A stretch of DNA of 64,000 nt from an uncultured Methanoregulaceae archaeon (GCA_963705255.1 OY970061.1:544001-608000); one strand, 5' to 3'; counted from the first letter of the stretch, positions 9,302 through 19,548 are shown. Made by a program: numbers and translations. Notes: generated by a model not told the origin, from the sequence alone.

Positions 9302-10054
9302 ATGGAACACATACAGGTCATGGGTGTGCAGGGACTGCCGCTCATCCATGCGGGCGATAACATTGCAGCAATGATCTGCGAACGCGTGCCGGTGCGGGAC
9401 AACGATATCCTCTGCATCGCATCGACCATCTATTCCAAGGCCCGGGGGTACACAAAACTGCTCTCCGCCATCACCCCTTCAGAGCGGGCCGTGCGGCTGG
9501 GGAACCTGAACGGCGAGGACCCGCGTTTTGTCCAGGCCGTGCTGGACGCGTCCACGGACGTCATCATGGAGCACCCCTTCATCCTCTCCGAACTCGCGTT
9601 CGGGCATGTCGGCGTGAGAGCCGGAGTGGACCAGTCCAATATCGAGGACGGCATGGTCATCTTCCTCCCTCCGGACCCCATGAAATCGGCAGACGAAGTA
9701 CGGGCTGAAATCCGTTCGATCGCCAATGCGGATACCGGCGTGATCATCACCGATACCTGCGGGAGGTCATTCCGCCGCGGCCAGACCGGCAACGCCATCG
9801 GGTGGAGCGGTTTTCCGGCAATCCGGGACTTCCGTGGCGACACAGACCTGTTCGGGCACGTGCTCAAGATCACCGAGGAGGCGGTCGTGGACGAGATCGC
9901 CGGGTTCGCCAACTTCGTGATGGGGGAGAGCAACAATGGTGTCCCCGCAGTCGTCTTCCGCAACTGCCCGAAGTGGACCGGTCACGACAGCCTGTATTTT
10001 ACGAACAACGAGGATATCACAAAACGCGTGCTGAAAAAAGAGTGGGGTCAGTAG
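9302..10054 (+). CDS. cofE: Coenzyme F420-0:L-glutamate ligase
   Basis: GLPLIHAGD, AGVDQSN, VIITDTCGRSFRRGQTGNAIG, DFRGDTDLFG motifs; start ATG 9302. Confidence 0.93.
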   Translation: MEHIQVMGVQGLPLIHAGDNIAAMICERVPVRDNDILCIASTIYSKARGYTKLLSAITPSERAVRLGNLNGEDPRFVQAVLDASTDVIMEHPFILSELAFGHVGVRAGVDQSNIEDGMVIFLPPDPMKSADEVRAEIRSIANADTGVIITDTCGRSFRRGQTGNAIGWSGFPAIRDFRGDTDLFGHVLKITEEAVVDEIAGFANFVMGESNNGVPAVVFRNCPKWTGHDSLYFTNNEDITKRVLKKEWGQ

Positions 10055-10206
10055 ACGATATTCAGGATGAGGATGAAGATGCCGAACGCCGCGGCGACGG
10101 CCATGACGGTAATGGGGCTGATATGGACAGCCCGCCGGTCCTCGCTCTCATAGTAGTTGACGAGACCTGCTGAGGAGAGTAATCTCCCGCCTTGCTTCTT
10201 TGCCAT
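10048..10206 (-). CDS. secG: Preprotein translocase subunit Sec61beta (SecG)
   Basis: Manual translation MAKKQGGRLLSSAGLVNYYESEDRRAVHISPITVMAVAAAFGIFILILNIVY (52 aa, below ORF-track cutoff). Confidence 0.9.
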   Translation of the reverse strand: MAKKQGGRLLSSAGLVNYYESEDRRAVHISPITVMAVAAAFGIFILILNIVY

Positions 10207-10251
10207 GCAAATATATTTCATTTCTCGATATATAAAGGAGAGTTACGCCGT

Positions 10252-11292
10252 ATGAAAAAGACGCAGCAGCAGGTGTCCGGACTGGCACTGGTCGGGGAGG
10301 ATCTCTTACCCTCGCGGGTGGATATTTTTATCGAGGACGGGACCATCACGGCGGTCGAGGAGAACCGGAACGTCCCGGAAGTCTGGGTCTGCCCGGCATT
10401 TTTCAATGCCCATACGCACCTTGGCGATACCATCGCCATGGACTGTGGTGCCGGGGGAGATCTTGCCGCGCTGGTCACACCGCCCGACGGGCTGAAGCAC
10501 CGGTTGCTGGCGGCCGCCACGCGGGACGATCTCGTTGCCGGGATGCGGTCCAGTATCCGCGGGATGATTGCCGGGGGGACCGCCGGGTGTGCGGATTTCC
10601 GGGAAGGCGGCACCGGGGGGGTTGCGGCCCTGCGCGAATCCGTCCGGGGGCTCCCGTTCCGGACCTGTATTTTCGGGCGCGGCGGCGGGGAGACGGTTGC
10701 CGAGGGGCTGGGGATCAGCAGCGCCAGGGATGTACCCGACACGGAACATCTCGTGGCAGAAGCACGCCGGGCCGGGAAGAAAGTGGCGTTCCATGCAGGT
10801 GAACGGGACAAGGACGATGTGGACCTGGCGCTCTCGTTCGACCCGGACCTCATCATCCATGCGACCCATGCGACGAAAGGCCAGCTCCGGCAGTGCGCTG
10901 AAAGAGGGATCCCTGTCGTTGTCTGTCCCCGCTCCAACTGGACGCTCAGGGTTGCATCCTCATGCCGGCACCCCCCGCTTGCCCTGATGGAGGAACTCGG
11001 CTGCAGGATCTATCTCGGTACCGACAACGTGATGTTCGTAGCCCCGGATATGCCGTCCGAACTGTCGTTTGCCTCAACGGTCTACGGTCTGGAGCCGTCT
11101 TGCCTGCTCCGGGCTGCGATCCGTGGTTCCGAGATGACCGGCTCACCGTTTTTTATCCGGGCAGGGGCGAGGGCGAACCTCGTAGTCATCGATCCCACGC
11201 GGTCGTCCCTCCGCTTCTCGCGCGATCCGCTCGCTTCACTGGTGAAACGGGTGGATTTTGCCGTTTTCGGCAATAACGTTTTTAATTCGTAA
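10252..11292 (+). CDS. Amidohydrolase-family (deaminase-like) protein
   Basis: NAHTHLGD, FHAGE, IHATHA, LGTDN metal-binding motifs. Confidence 0.85.
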   Translation: MKKTQQQVSGLALVGEDLLPSRVDIFIEDGTITAVEENRNVPEVWVCPAFFNAHTHLGDTIAMDCGAGGDLAALVTPPDGLKHRLLAAATRDDLVAGMRSSIRGMIAGGTAGCADFREGGTGGVAALRESVRGLPFRTCIFGRGGGETVAEGLGISSARDVPDTEHLVAEARRAGKKVAFHAGERDKDDVDLALSFDPDLIIHATHATKGQLRQCAERGIPVVVCPRSNWTLRVASSCRHPPLALMEELGCRIYLGTDNVMFVAPDMPSELSFASTVYGLEPSCLLRAAIRGSEMTGSPFFIRAGARANLVVIDPTRSSLRFSRDPLASLVKRVDFAVFGNNVFNS

Positions 11293-11330
11293 ATCCAATA
11301 AAAGAGGCATGTTTGTTTTTGGTGATACCG

Positions 11331-11759
11331 GTGTTTACTAATATCCTAGTCGCACTGGACGGCTCGGAGGCAGGCCAGCGCGCATTTACCCGTGCCACAG
11401 AGTCTGCAAAGGCCGGGAACGCACAGATCCATGCCGCATATGTTGTGGAGACCGGCCTCTTCGCATCCCTCCCCACGGACAATACCGTGGAACTGATGTA
11501 CAATGTCCTCCAGAAAGAGGGCGAATCCGTCCTGGCGAACGCAAAAGCCGAAACAAAGGATGACGGCCTGGCACTCACCACGCACCTGAAATTCGGTCAT
11601 GCCGGCAATGAGGTCGTGACCCTTGCAGAAAAGATAAAGGCCGACCTTATCGTGGTCGGCTCCCACGGCAAGAGCCAGACCGACCGGTTGCTCATCGGGA
11701 GTGCCAGCATGTTTGTCGTCACCCACAGCAAGGTTTCGACCCTGGTGGTGAGATCATAA
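11331..11759 (+). CDS. Universal stress protein
   Basis: ILVALDGS...ADLIVVGSHGKS..DRLLIGS. Confidence 0.9.
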   Translation: MFTNILVALDGSEAGQRAFTRATESAKAGNAQIHAAYVVETGLFASLPTDNTVELMYNVLQKEGESVLANAKAETKDDGLALTTHLKFGHAGNEVVTLAEKIKADLIVVGSHGKSQTDRLLIGSASMFVVTHSKVSTLVVRS

Positions 11760-11764
11760 CAGAC

Positions 11765-12614
11765 ATGATTGTAAGGAACTACATGACATCCGACGTGGTC
11801 CACGTCGAGATCCCGGGGAACCGCGACGATGTCCTGAAGATACTCAAGCGGACGGGGATCTCCGGTGTCCCGGTCATCAAGAACAGGAAGATCGTCGGGA
11901 TCATCACGAGGAAAGATCTGCTCCGCAAACCCGAGGAGACCCAGCTCGGCCTGCTGATGACGGCAAAGCCGGTCGTCATCGAACCTGATATGGAGATCCG
12001 GGAAGCAGCACGCCTCCTGGTCACCCGCCGCATCCGGCGCCTTCCCGTCGTAGAAGACGGGATCCTCATCGGCCTCCTCTCGGTTGCCGATGTCATCCAT
12101 GCCCTCGCCCAGCTCAAGGTCAAGGACGAGATCAAGGAGAACTATACCAGCAGGACCTTTGCGCTCTGGGAAGAGACCCCCCTCCCGGTGGTCGGGCGCG
12201 TCATGGAGATCTCAGGCGTGGATGCCATCCCGATTCTCGACGCAGAGAACAGGCTGCAGGGCATGATATCCGAGCGCGACCTGATCAGGAACTCGTCCAT
12301 CGAGGACTCGGTCGGGGTGAGCGATTTCTCGAACGGCACTGACGACGATGAATGGACCTGGGAGAGCATCCGGGACAACCATACCATCAGCTTCGGCATC
12401 TCCAAGGTGCAGCTCCCCAACCGCCCGGTCAAACTCGCGATGGTCAGGAACGTCGTATCCGTGCCGGCGAATGCCGAAGTGAGCGAGTGCGCCCTCAAGA
12501 TGCGCAGATCAAGGGTCGACCAGCTGCCCGGTCGTGAACGGCGACAAGAAGCTTGTCGGCATGTTGTATGACCGGGAGCTCATCCGGGCATTCTGCCGAG
12601 AAGATCCGGAATAA
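11765..12614 (+). CDS. CBS-domain protein (four CBS motifs); probable artefactual frameshift ~12528
   Basis: Repeated xPVV...GxIS/TxxDL units; removing one C restores LPVVNGDKKLVGMLYDRELI to TAA 12614. Confidence 0.85.
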
Positions 12615-12697
12615 CAACCTTTAAATTTCCCGATATCATCTAATACTTTAAGCGCTTTTAATAATTTCTGGCGTTCATTTGTTTTTACGGTGTTACT

Positions 12698-13339
12698 ATG
12701 CCTGAACAGTTACAGGAGTCCATGAAGGGGACAACAACCATCGGCATCGTCTTTGCCGGAGGAGTAATCCTCGCAACCGAGAAGAGGGCGACCATGGGCT
12801 ACATGATCGCCAGCAAGAAGGCGAAAAAGGTATACCGGGTCGCAGACCGGATCGGCATGACAACCGCTGGCGGTGTCGGCGATGCCCAGCAGCTCGCACG
12901 CATCCTGACCGTAGAATGCAGCCTCTACCAGATCCGCAGGTCCCGCCCGATCACGGTCGGCGCGACGGCCACGCTGCTCTCGAATTACCTCAACCAGAAC
13001 CGCTACTTCCCGTATTACGTCCAGCTCCTCGTCGGCGGTATCGATGAGAACGGTCCGAGCGTCTACTCGGTCGATGCGATGGGCGGGGCCACGAAGGAAG
13101 AAGAGATCGTAGCCACCGGTTCCGGTTCTCCCATGGCATACGGTGTGCTCGAGGACCGGTTCCGCCCCGGCATGACCGAGGACGAAGCCATCGACCTCGC
13201 CATCCGCGGGCTGAAGTCCGCCATGAAACGGGATGCAGGGTCCGGGGAAGGGATCCATGTCGTAGTGATAACAAAAGAGAAGTATCAGGAGCTCGGCGAG
13301 GATGACCTCAAGAAGTATCTGGCGAAAACTCCTGCATAA
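12698..13339 (+). CDS. psmB: Proteasome subunit beta
   Basis: Propeptide then KG-TTTIG, TGSGSPMAYGVLE, SAMKRDAGSG. Confidence 0.97.
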   Translation: MPEQLQESMKGTTTIGIVFAGGVILATEKRATMGYMIASKKAKKVYRVADRIGMTTAGGVGDAQQLARILTVECSLYQIRRSRPITVGATATLLSNYLNQNRYFPYYVQLLVGGIDENGPSVYSVDAMGGATKEEEIVATGSGSPMAYGVLEDRFRPGMTEDEAIDLAIRGLKSAMKRDAGSGEGIHVVVITKEKYQELGEDDLKKYLAKTPA

Positions 13340-13340
13340 C

Positions 13341-13361
13341 TTTTTTTAGGACGACTTTTTT
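13341..13361 (+). terminator. Two oligo-T tracts (T7, T6) between psmB and aCPSF1
   Basis: TTTTTTTAGGACGACTTTTTT immediately after psmB stop; archaeal terminators are U-tracts. Confidence 0.4.
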
Positions 13362-15272
13362 ATGCAAATTGAAGAACGACTCAAAGAGCTCAAAGACAAG
13401 ATCAACGATAAGGTGCCCCGCGGCATCACGGTAACCCAGGTCGAGTTCGAAGGACCCGAGCTCGTGATCTATACTGACGACCCGAAACGGTTTGCCGATG
13501 AGGCGGACTTAATCAAGATCCTGGCCCGCGACCTGCGCAAGCGGATCGTGGTACGGCCGACGATCCTCGAGGACCCGGAAAAGGCGTACAATGATATCAG
13601 GTCTGTCGTGCCGGAGACAGCCGGGATCACCGATATTTTTTTCGATGCCGATACCGGGGAAGTCCTCATCGAGGCGGAAAAACCCGGCGTGGTCATCGGC
13701 AAGAACGGCAGCACGCTCCGGGAGATAACCAAGCATATCGGGTGGACCCCCAAGGTGGTCCGCACTCCCCCTATCGAGAGCACCACGGTCAAGCAGGTGA
13801 GGCAGTACCTCCGTTCTGTCAATGAAGATCGCAAACAGTTCCTGCGCACCATCGGCCGCAGGATCCACCGCGACATCCCCGGGAAGGAAGAGACCGGGAC
13901 CAAGAAGGACCAGTGGGCACGGGTCACCATGCTGGGCTGCTGCCGGGAAGTCGGCCGCGCAGCGTTCCTCCTCTCGACCCCGGACAGCAAGGTGCTGATC
14001 GATTGCGGGGAGAAACCCGACAATTCCAACGGGACCCCGTACCTGTATGTCCCTGAAATTCACCCGCTCGCCCAGCTGGATGCGGTCGTCCTCACGCATG
14101 CCCACCTCGATCACTGTGCGCTCATTCCCCTCCTGTACAAATACGGCTACGAGGGCCCGGTCTACGCAACCCCCCCCACGCGCGACCTCTCGGCGATGCT
14201 CCAGCTCGATTACCTCGATGTCATCCACAAGGAAGACCGGAAAGTTCCCTACTCCTCGAACGAGGTCAAGACCTACATCCGCCACTCCATCACGCTCAAT
14301 TACGGCAGCGTGACCGATATTGCGCCGGACATCAAGCTCACGTTCCACAATGCCGGCCACATCCTCGGCTCGGCGATCGCCCATTTCCATCTCGGCGACG
14401 GCCTGTACAACATCGCGTTCACCGGCGATTTCAACTACAGCAAGAGCCGGCTCTTCAACCCGGCCATCAACCAGTTCCCCCGTCTCGAGGCGCTCTTCAT
14501 GGAAAGTACCTACGGCGGGTCCAACGACTTCCAGCAGGCGCGATCGGATGCCGAGGCCCGGCTCTACGAGACCATCAATGCGGTCCTCCAGCGGGGCGGC
14601 AAGGTGATCGTTCCTGCCTTCTCAGTCGGGCGTTCCCAGGAAGTCATGCTGGCCCTCGAAGAGGGAATGCGCCTTGACAAGATCCCGAAGGTGAAGATCT
14701 ACCTTGACGGCATGATCCGCGAGGCGACCGCCATCCACACGACCTACCCGGAATACCTGAATACCGAGCTCCGCAACCTGATCTTCCGCGAGGGCATGAA
14801 CCCGTTCCTTGCCGAGTGCTTCCAGCAGGTGGACAGCCAGGAGCTCCGCGAGAAAGTGATGGCGGGCGAACCCTGCGTCATCATCTCGACGAGCGGTATG
14901 CTCAACGGCGGGCCGGTCATGGAGTACCTGCTGACGCTCGCCCAGGACGAGAAGAATGCGCTCGTCTTCGTCGGCTACCAAGCCGACGGTACCCTGGGGC
15001 GCCGGATCCAGAAAGGCTGGCGGGAGGTGCCTCTCGGGCGGAAGGGGACCATCACCATCAACCTCGAGATCGTCACGGTAGACGGGTTCTCCGGCCATTC
15101 CGACCGGCGCCAGCTGATGAACTATGTCGGGCAGGTCCAGCCGCGCCCGGAGAAGATATTCTGCATCCATGGCGACGAGAACAATACCATCGACCTTGCC
15201 AGTTCGATCTACAAGCGCTACCATATCGAGACCCACTCCCCCATGAACCTCGAGACCTACCGCATGGTTTGA
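13362..15272 (+). CDS. fttA: beta-CASP ribonuclease aCPSF1 / transcription termination factor FttA
   Basis: Two N-terminal KH domains, THAHLDH, AGHILGS, GFSGHSD; conserved position after psmB. Confidence 0.95.
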   Translation: MQIEERLKELKDKINDKVPRGITVTQVEFEGPELVIYTDDPKRFADEADLIKILARDLRKRIVVRPTILEDPEKAYNDIRSVVPETAGITDIFFDADTGEVLIEAEKPGVVIGKNGSTLREITKHIGWTPKVVRTPPIESTTVKQVRQYLRSVNEDRKQFLRTIGRRIHRDIPGKEETGTKKDQWARVTMLGCCREVGRAAFLLSTPDSKVLIDCGEKPDNSNGTPYLYVPEIHPLAQLDAVVLTHAHLDHCALIPLLYKYGYEGPVYATPPTRDLSAMLQLDYLDVIHKEDRKVPYSSNEVKTYIRHSITLNYGSVTDIAPDIKLTFHNAGHILGSAIAHFHLGDGLYNIAFTGDFNYSKSRLFNPAINQFPRLEALFMESTYGGSNDFQQARSDAEARLYETINAVLQRGGKVIVPAFSVGRSQEVMLALEEGMRLDKIPKVKIYLDGMIREATAIHTTYPEYLNTELRNLIFREGMNPFLAECFQQVDSQELREKVMAGEPCVIISTSGMLNGGPVMEYLLTLAQDEKNALVFVGYQADGTLGRRIQKGWREVPLGRKGTITINLEIVTVDGFSGHSDRRQLMNYVGQVQPRPEKIFCIHGDENNTIDLASSIYKRYHIETHSPMNLETYRMV

Positions 15273-15276
15273 ACCG

Positions 15277-16332
15277 ATGAGAACCGAGGTCACGCTCTTT
15301 TTCGGGATATTTACCGTGATGGCGTTGTCCAATGCCATTGTCCCGGTCCTCCCCTCATTTTCAAATACATCGTCGTGGCAGGGTGCGATCTACTCCGCGT
15401 ACTTCCTCGGCGCCGTCCTCAGCACGCTGCCGTCCGGGATCCTCTCGGACCGGTTCGGGCGGGTCCGGATGATGCGGGCCGGGTTCTTACTCACGATCGC
15501 GAGCGGCTTCCTCCTCTCGGTCACGACTGCCGAAGTGCCGGCCCTCGCGGCCCGGCTCATCGAAGGGATCGGGGCCGGGCTCTTTGTTGTCCCGGCGCTG
15601 TCCGTGGTCAATGCCGGGGAGGACCACAAGAAGATGAGCGGCTACTTCATGGCCCTGCTCAACGGGGGCCTCGTCATCGGCCTCGTCGGCCCCGGGCTCC
15701 TCGCCACCGCGACCGGCCAGCCGGCCGCCGGGATCATCCTCTTCACCCTGCTCGCGCTCGTCCCGGCCGGCGCGAGCCTCTTCCTCCGGGAACCGCCGGC
15801 AGCTCCCGCCACCCACGGGGATCTCCCGGCTTTCATCGCCCTCGTGAAGGAGTACCGCTGGATCTGGTACTCGTCCATCGTCCTGATCGGGATCACCGGG
15901 GTCGTTACGTCCCTGTACCCGAAGTTCAGCGGGGCACCGCCCGACCTCCTCGGCCTCTGGATCGCGGGCATGAGCATCGCGACCATCCTCGCGGTCCTCG
16001 CCGTCTCCCGGTTCCGCTTCGATGAGATCCTCGCGATCCGGGTCTCCGCCATCCTGATGATGGGCGGCGTCGCTATCTCGTTCATCTCCCCGGCCGGGTT
16101 CCTCGTGCTCGGGGTCGTGGCCGGAATCGTCATGATCGCCCAGATGGCATTCCTCGCACGCGTCCGCGAGCACCAGGGGACCGCGATGGGCCTCTTCACC
16201 ACCGCCAGCTACCTCGGGATGGCGGTGCTGCCGTTTATCGCCGGGGTTGTTGCTGATATGGCCGGGTTTTTTGTGGCGTTTTCTGTCACTGCTATTATGG
16301 CGGCAACGGTGGTGGCGGTGGTGAGGGGGTAG
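15277..16332 (+). CDS. MFS transporter
   Basis: GILSDRFGR motif A; multiple TM segments. Confidence 0.85.
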   Translation: MRTEVTLFFGIFTVMALSNAIVPVLPSFSNTSSWQGAIYSAYFLGAVLSTLPSGILSDRFGRVRMMRAGFLLTIASGFLLSVTTAEVPALAARLIEGIGAGLFVVPALSVVNAGEDHKKMSGYFMALLNGGLVIGLVGPGLLATATGQPAAGIILFTLLALVPAGASLFLREPPAAPATHGDLPAFIALVKEYRWIWYSSIVLIGITGVVTSLYPKFSGAPPDLLGLWIAGMSIATILAVLAVSRFRFDEILAIRVSAILMMGGVAISFISPAGFLVLGVVAGIVMIAQMAFLARVREHQGTAMGLFTTASYLGMAVLPFIAGVVADMAGFFVAFSVTAIMAATVVAVVRG

Positions 16333-16521
16333 TTCTGTTTTGAAATTCATGCCAGGTACCTGGAGTACCCGAACCTCACCGGGACGTCCGAATCTTGTGC
16401 ATGAGTCCCCGTGCGATGCCGGGAGCGCCATGCTCGTATGTTCATGAAGAGAATTTAATACGCGACCGTACAAAGATCTCATCTGAACCGCCAGAAAAAA
16501 ATGCCCGGGAGGAAGAGAACA

Positions 16522-16782
16522 ATGATCCTGCAATATATTGAAAAAGCCCTTGCCCATGCGCGGTACGAGATCATCAAGGATGATGAACCCTATTACGGGG
16601 AAATCCGGGAACTCGCCGGCGTCTATGCGACCGGGAAGACCCTTGAAGAATGCCGGGCTAACCTGGTGGAAGTGATCGATGGCTGGATCGTCGTCCGGCT
16701 GCGGCGGGGACTTCCCATTCCCCCGATAGACAATTGCACGATCGAGGAAGTCGTAAGGCTTGATCAGAGTGCCCGGGCATAA
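16522..16782 (+). CDS. HicB-family antitoxin
   Basis: YYGEIRELAGVYATGKTLEECRANL.E....W.......GLPIP. Confidence 0.85.
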   Translation: MILQYIEKALAHARYEIIKDDEPYYGEIRELAGVYATGKTLEECRANLVEVIDGWIVVRLRRGLPIPPIDNCTIEEVVRLDQSARA

Positions 16783-16868
16783 ACTTATTCCGGTCTCGTG
16801 GACGGATCTCGTCCGCAGGCTGAAGTTTTTTGGTTTTGACGGTCCTTTCCAGGGAGGGAAACACCCGT
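16769..16868 (+). pseudogene. Truncated HicA-family toxin
   Basis: GTG start overlapping hicB end: MPGHKLIPVSWTDLVRRLKFFGFDGPFQGGKHP, then similarity is lost. Confidence 0.7.
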
Positions 16869-17280
16869 TACATCCCGTTATCGATGCGTTCGGATTTCAC
16901 GTCGGATAAAAGAGAGTTTTCCAGCCAGATTCCATAAGTATATCTCCCCATCCCACAGGTCCTTTGGCGTTTGAGGGTGCTATAGCCCTCGGATTCGTGT
17001 TTCTCTGGAGATGAATGTAGATCCGTGATGATCTGCCGGACCCCCTCTTCATGCAAATCCACCAGGAGTTTCGTGCTAAACAAGGGGTTATCGGATCCCA
17101 ATCCGGGCACGATACGGGGCCCGTTTCCCGGAAATGTCCAAACGGAGCCCTATACAAGCCCGGATACGGAAGGTTGTAACCTCCGGAAAAGTGGGTTCCG
17201 GAGGAGCTGTTTCAAACGTTGGTTGGAGAGATTCCGGTTGAATATTTCTGGAGGTCCGATGCAGAAATTTTTTGCCGGTC

Positions 17281-17420
17281 CGTGAAAATAATTTCCGGAA
17301 ATTTTCTGGGAAGATTTTTGAAAAATTTAAAAAAAAATTTCTTAAAAAAAATTCTGAAAAAGATTCTGAAATTTTTTTTATACGTTTCAAAAAATTTTTA
17401 AAAATGTTTTCTACGAAATT
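17281..17420. other. Very AT-rich A/T-tract region forming an imperfect palindrome
   Basis: TTTTTGAAA (17315-17323) vs TTTCAAAAA (17385-17393); T-A9-TTTC (17328-17341) vs GAAA-T8-A (17368-17380). Confidence 0.6.
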
Positions 17421-17467
17421 GTCCGATCCGAAACCATAATGGAGATACAGGAACAACAACGTGTATC

Positions 17468-17653
17468 ATGACTGCACAGGCCGCATCCCGGTCGCCGAAA
17501 GATCACCCGGCAAAGAAGGCGGGAAGATCCAAAACGAAAGGAGAGGATCGGAAAGACGGCCTTTATGCAGTAGCGGAGCATTCCCTCTCCGGATTTCTTG
17601 ACAGCGAGCCTGATATCTATACGGTAGCAGACATCAAAGTGCGGTACCGATGA
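17468..17653 (+). CDS. Small putative antitoxin
   Basis: 61 aa, ATGA overlap with downstream PemK-like gene; C-terminal AE.SL..FL..EPDIYT. Confidence 0.6.
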   Translation: MTAQAASRSPKDHPAKKAGRSKTKGEDRKDGLYAVAEHSLSGFLDSEPDIYTVADIKVRYR

Positions 17654-17979
17654 AAGCGAAGATCGTCCTGATCCATTTTCCCTTCACGGACCTGAGCACT
17701 CTCAAACTGCGGCCGGCGCTTGTTATTTACGAAAGCGATCAGGATGTTGTTGCGGCATTTATCTCTTCCAGAGTCCCGATGCACATGGCCGACTCTGATC
17801 TTCTCATACCGGCCGATGATCCTTCGTTCCCCGGTACAGGTCTCAAGAGGACGTCAGTAATAAAATTCGATAAAGTCGCAACCGTTTCAAAGGATCTCAT
17901 TGAAGGAGAGATCGGGGCGATTGATGATCGCCTTGCCGATCAGTGCAATGCGATCATGAGCCGGGTTTTTGTCCTCTGA
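17650..17979 (+). CDS. PemK/MazF-family toxin
   Basis: IVLIHFPFTDLSTLKLRPALV...TGLKRTSVIKFDKVATV. Confidence 0.85.
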   Translation: MKAKIVLIHFPFTDLSTLKLRPALVIYESDQDVVAAFISSRVPMHMADSDLLIPADDPSFPGTGLKRTSVIKFDKVATVSKDLIEGEIGAIDDRLADQCNAIMSRVFVL

Positions 17980-18101
17980 TGTGGAGATGTTCTCCTCCGC
18001 CGATCTGCAAGTTGCAAAATATACCGGACCCGGTCAGCCCCTGCAAGATAAAACTGATAATCAATACATTCATCTGCGATCAAGGGGAATTTCGTCATAA
18101 T

Positions 18102-19085
18102 ATGCAGACCAAGGCACTCATACTGGTTCTCATCCTTGCCCTCCTGTTCATTCCTGTCGTCCACGGCGAGGACGCCAACGACTGGTACACGTACGGACAG
18201 AATGCCCTCACGGTCGGGAACTATACCCTCGCTCTCACGGATTTCAATAACGCTCTTTCCGTCAGCGCGAACTTTGCATCCGCAATGTCCGGCGAGGCAG
18301 TTGCCCTGAACGGGCTGGGAAATTATACCGGTGCAATCCCGTGGGCAGAAGAGGCGCTGACCTACCGGCCGTCTGACCCGATTGCGCTGAATGCGCGGGC
18401 CTTTGCCCTCTACAAACTCGGGCGGTATAATGACTCAGTCGCCGCATACAATACGCTGCTTGCCGTCCAGAACAACAACAAGGACGCCTATTGCAACCAG
18501 GGGTATGCCTATACATTTATGAACCAGTCTGACAATGCGATCTCCTCGTTCAAGCAGTGCCTGGTACTGGACCCCGCCAACGTCGAAATCTGGAACCAGG
18601 TGGGCCTTGCCTATATGAGTCTCGGCGCGTACGATCAGGCACTTGCAGAATTCAACCAGGCGACAAGCCTGACAATAAAGAATGCCACGTACTGGAACAA
18701 CAAGGGGCTTGCTTACAAAGCCCTCGGCAAGCCGGCGGACGCGCTGACATGTTTCCAGACAGCACTGGGGATCGACCCGAACTTTGCCGATGCGCAGAAC
18801 AACGCGCAGTCCGTGACGGGCATGCTGCAGAATTTCAACATTACCGGCACCATCACCCCGGTACCCACCATCAGCCGTATCGGGACGTTGTATACGACCG
18901 CAGCACCCACGCCGCAACCAACCACGGCCATCACTGCGGCACCGTCCGCCGGAATCACCACTCAGATCCCTGCAACTGCCACCCCCGTCCCAACGAGAAC
19001 AACCTACACGCCGCTCACGCCACTTCCGGCGCTCGGCGCTCTGGCGGCGGCCGGCGGGATTATGCTTGCGCTGAAGAGAAGGTAA
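18102..19085 (+). CDS. Secreted TPR-repeat protein with T/P-rich linker and C-terminal membrane anchor
   Basis: Signal peptide from ATG 18102, multiple TPRs (e.g. WNNKGLAY), Thr/Pro tract, TPL-hydrophobic-KRR tail resembling archaeosortase-type sorting signals. Confidence 0.82.
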   Translation: MQTKALILVLILALLFIPVVHGEDANDWYTYGQNALTVGNYTLALTDFNNALSVSANFASAMSGEAVALNGLGNYTGAIPWAEEALTYRPSDPIALNARAFALYKLGRYNDSVAAYNTLLAVQNNNKDAYCNQGYAYTFMNQSDNAISSFKQCLVLDPANVEIWNQVGLAYMSLGAYDQALAEFNQATSLTIKNATYWNNKGLAYKALGKPADALTCFQTALGIDPNFADAQNNAQSVTGMLQNFNITGTITPVPTISRIGTLYTTAAPTPQPTTAITAAPSAGITTQIPATATPVPTRTTYTPLTPLPALGALAAAGGIMLALKRR

Positions 19086-19199
19086 TTTTTTGCGTGCAGT
19101 AATTCCCGGCTTTTTTCCGTTAGAAAATTTCCGTTTTATTTTTCTCTCTGCAGAAAACCTGTCAGTGTCCATTTTTTGTAAACCACTTGAAAAGGCTAT

Positions 19200-19410
19200 G
19201 AGGGTGACCCCCTCTCTCCCCCAGAGGGGGAGGCAGCCCAAGGGGCGCATCCCCTTGACCCCCATCTATTATTCCTCCCGTTTCTGAGAATTTCTCGCTA
19301 ACCTTCTGAGTGACTATCCTATCATGGGGGATGCCCAAGCGGCGGGGGCGGAGGCAACGATTGCCGTAGCCCCCAAGAGCGTGAGAGGCCCTGAGGCGGG
19401 GGAACCTCAC
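19200..19410. repeat. Mosaic palindromic repeat (copy 3, backbone without nested inserts)
   Basis: GAGGGTGACCCCCTCTCTCCCCCAGAGGGGGAGGCA...CCCCTTGACCCC...CTAACCTTCTGAG...CCCCAAGAGCG plus partial right arm. Confidence 0.85.
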
Positions 19411-19548
19411 AGATATTGATTATTCTTACGATTTTCAGGGTTCCGGTGTGAACATAATTGGTTCATGACTGTTTCAAGAACCAATTTTTTTTATTGTGCA
19501 CAGTTACCGGGCTTCCCCAACGGGGCTGAAACTTTCGGGTTGTGAAAA

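Noticed and set aside
16868-17157. Minus-strand ORFs of 80-86 aa in the TA hotspot
   Set aside because: No recognisable family; likely remnant sequence.
17281-17420. Replication origin (DUE)
   Set aside because: No ORB-like repeats or cdc6/orc1 gene nearby.
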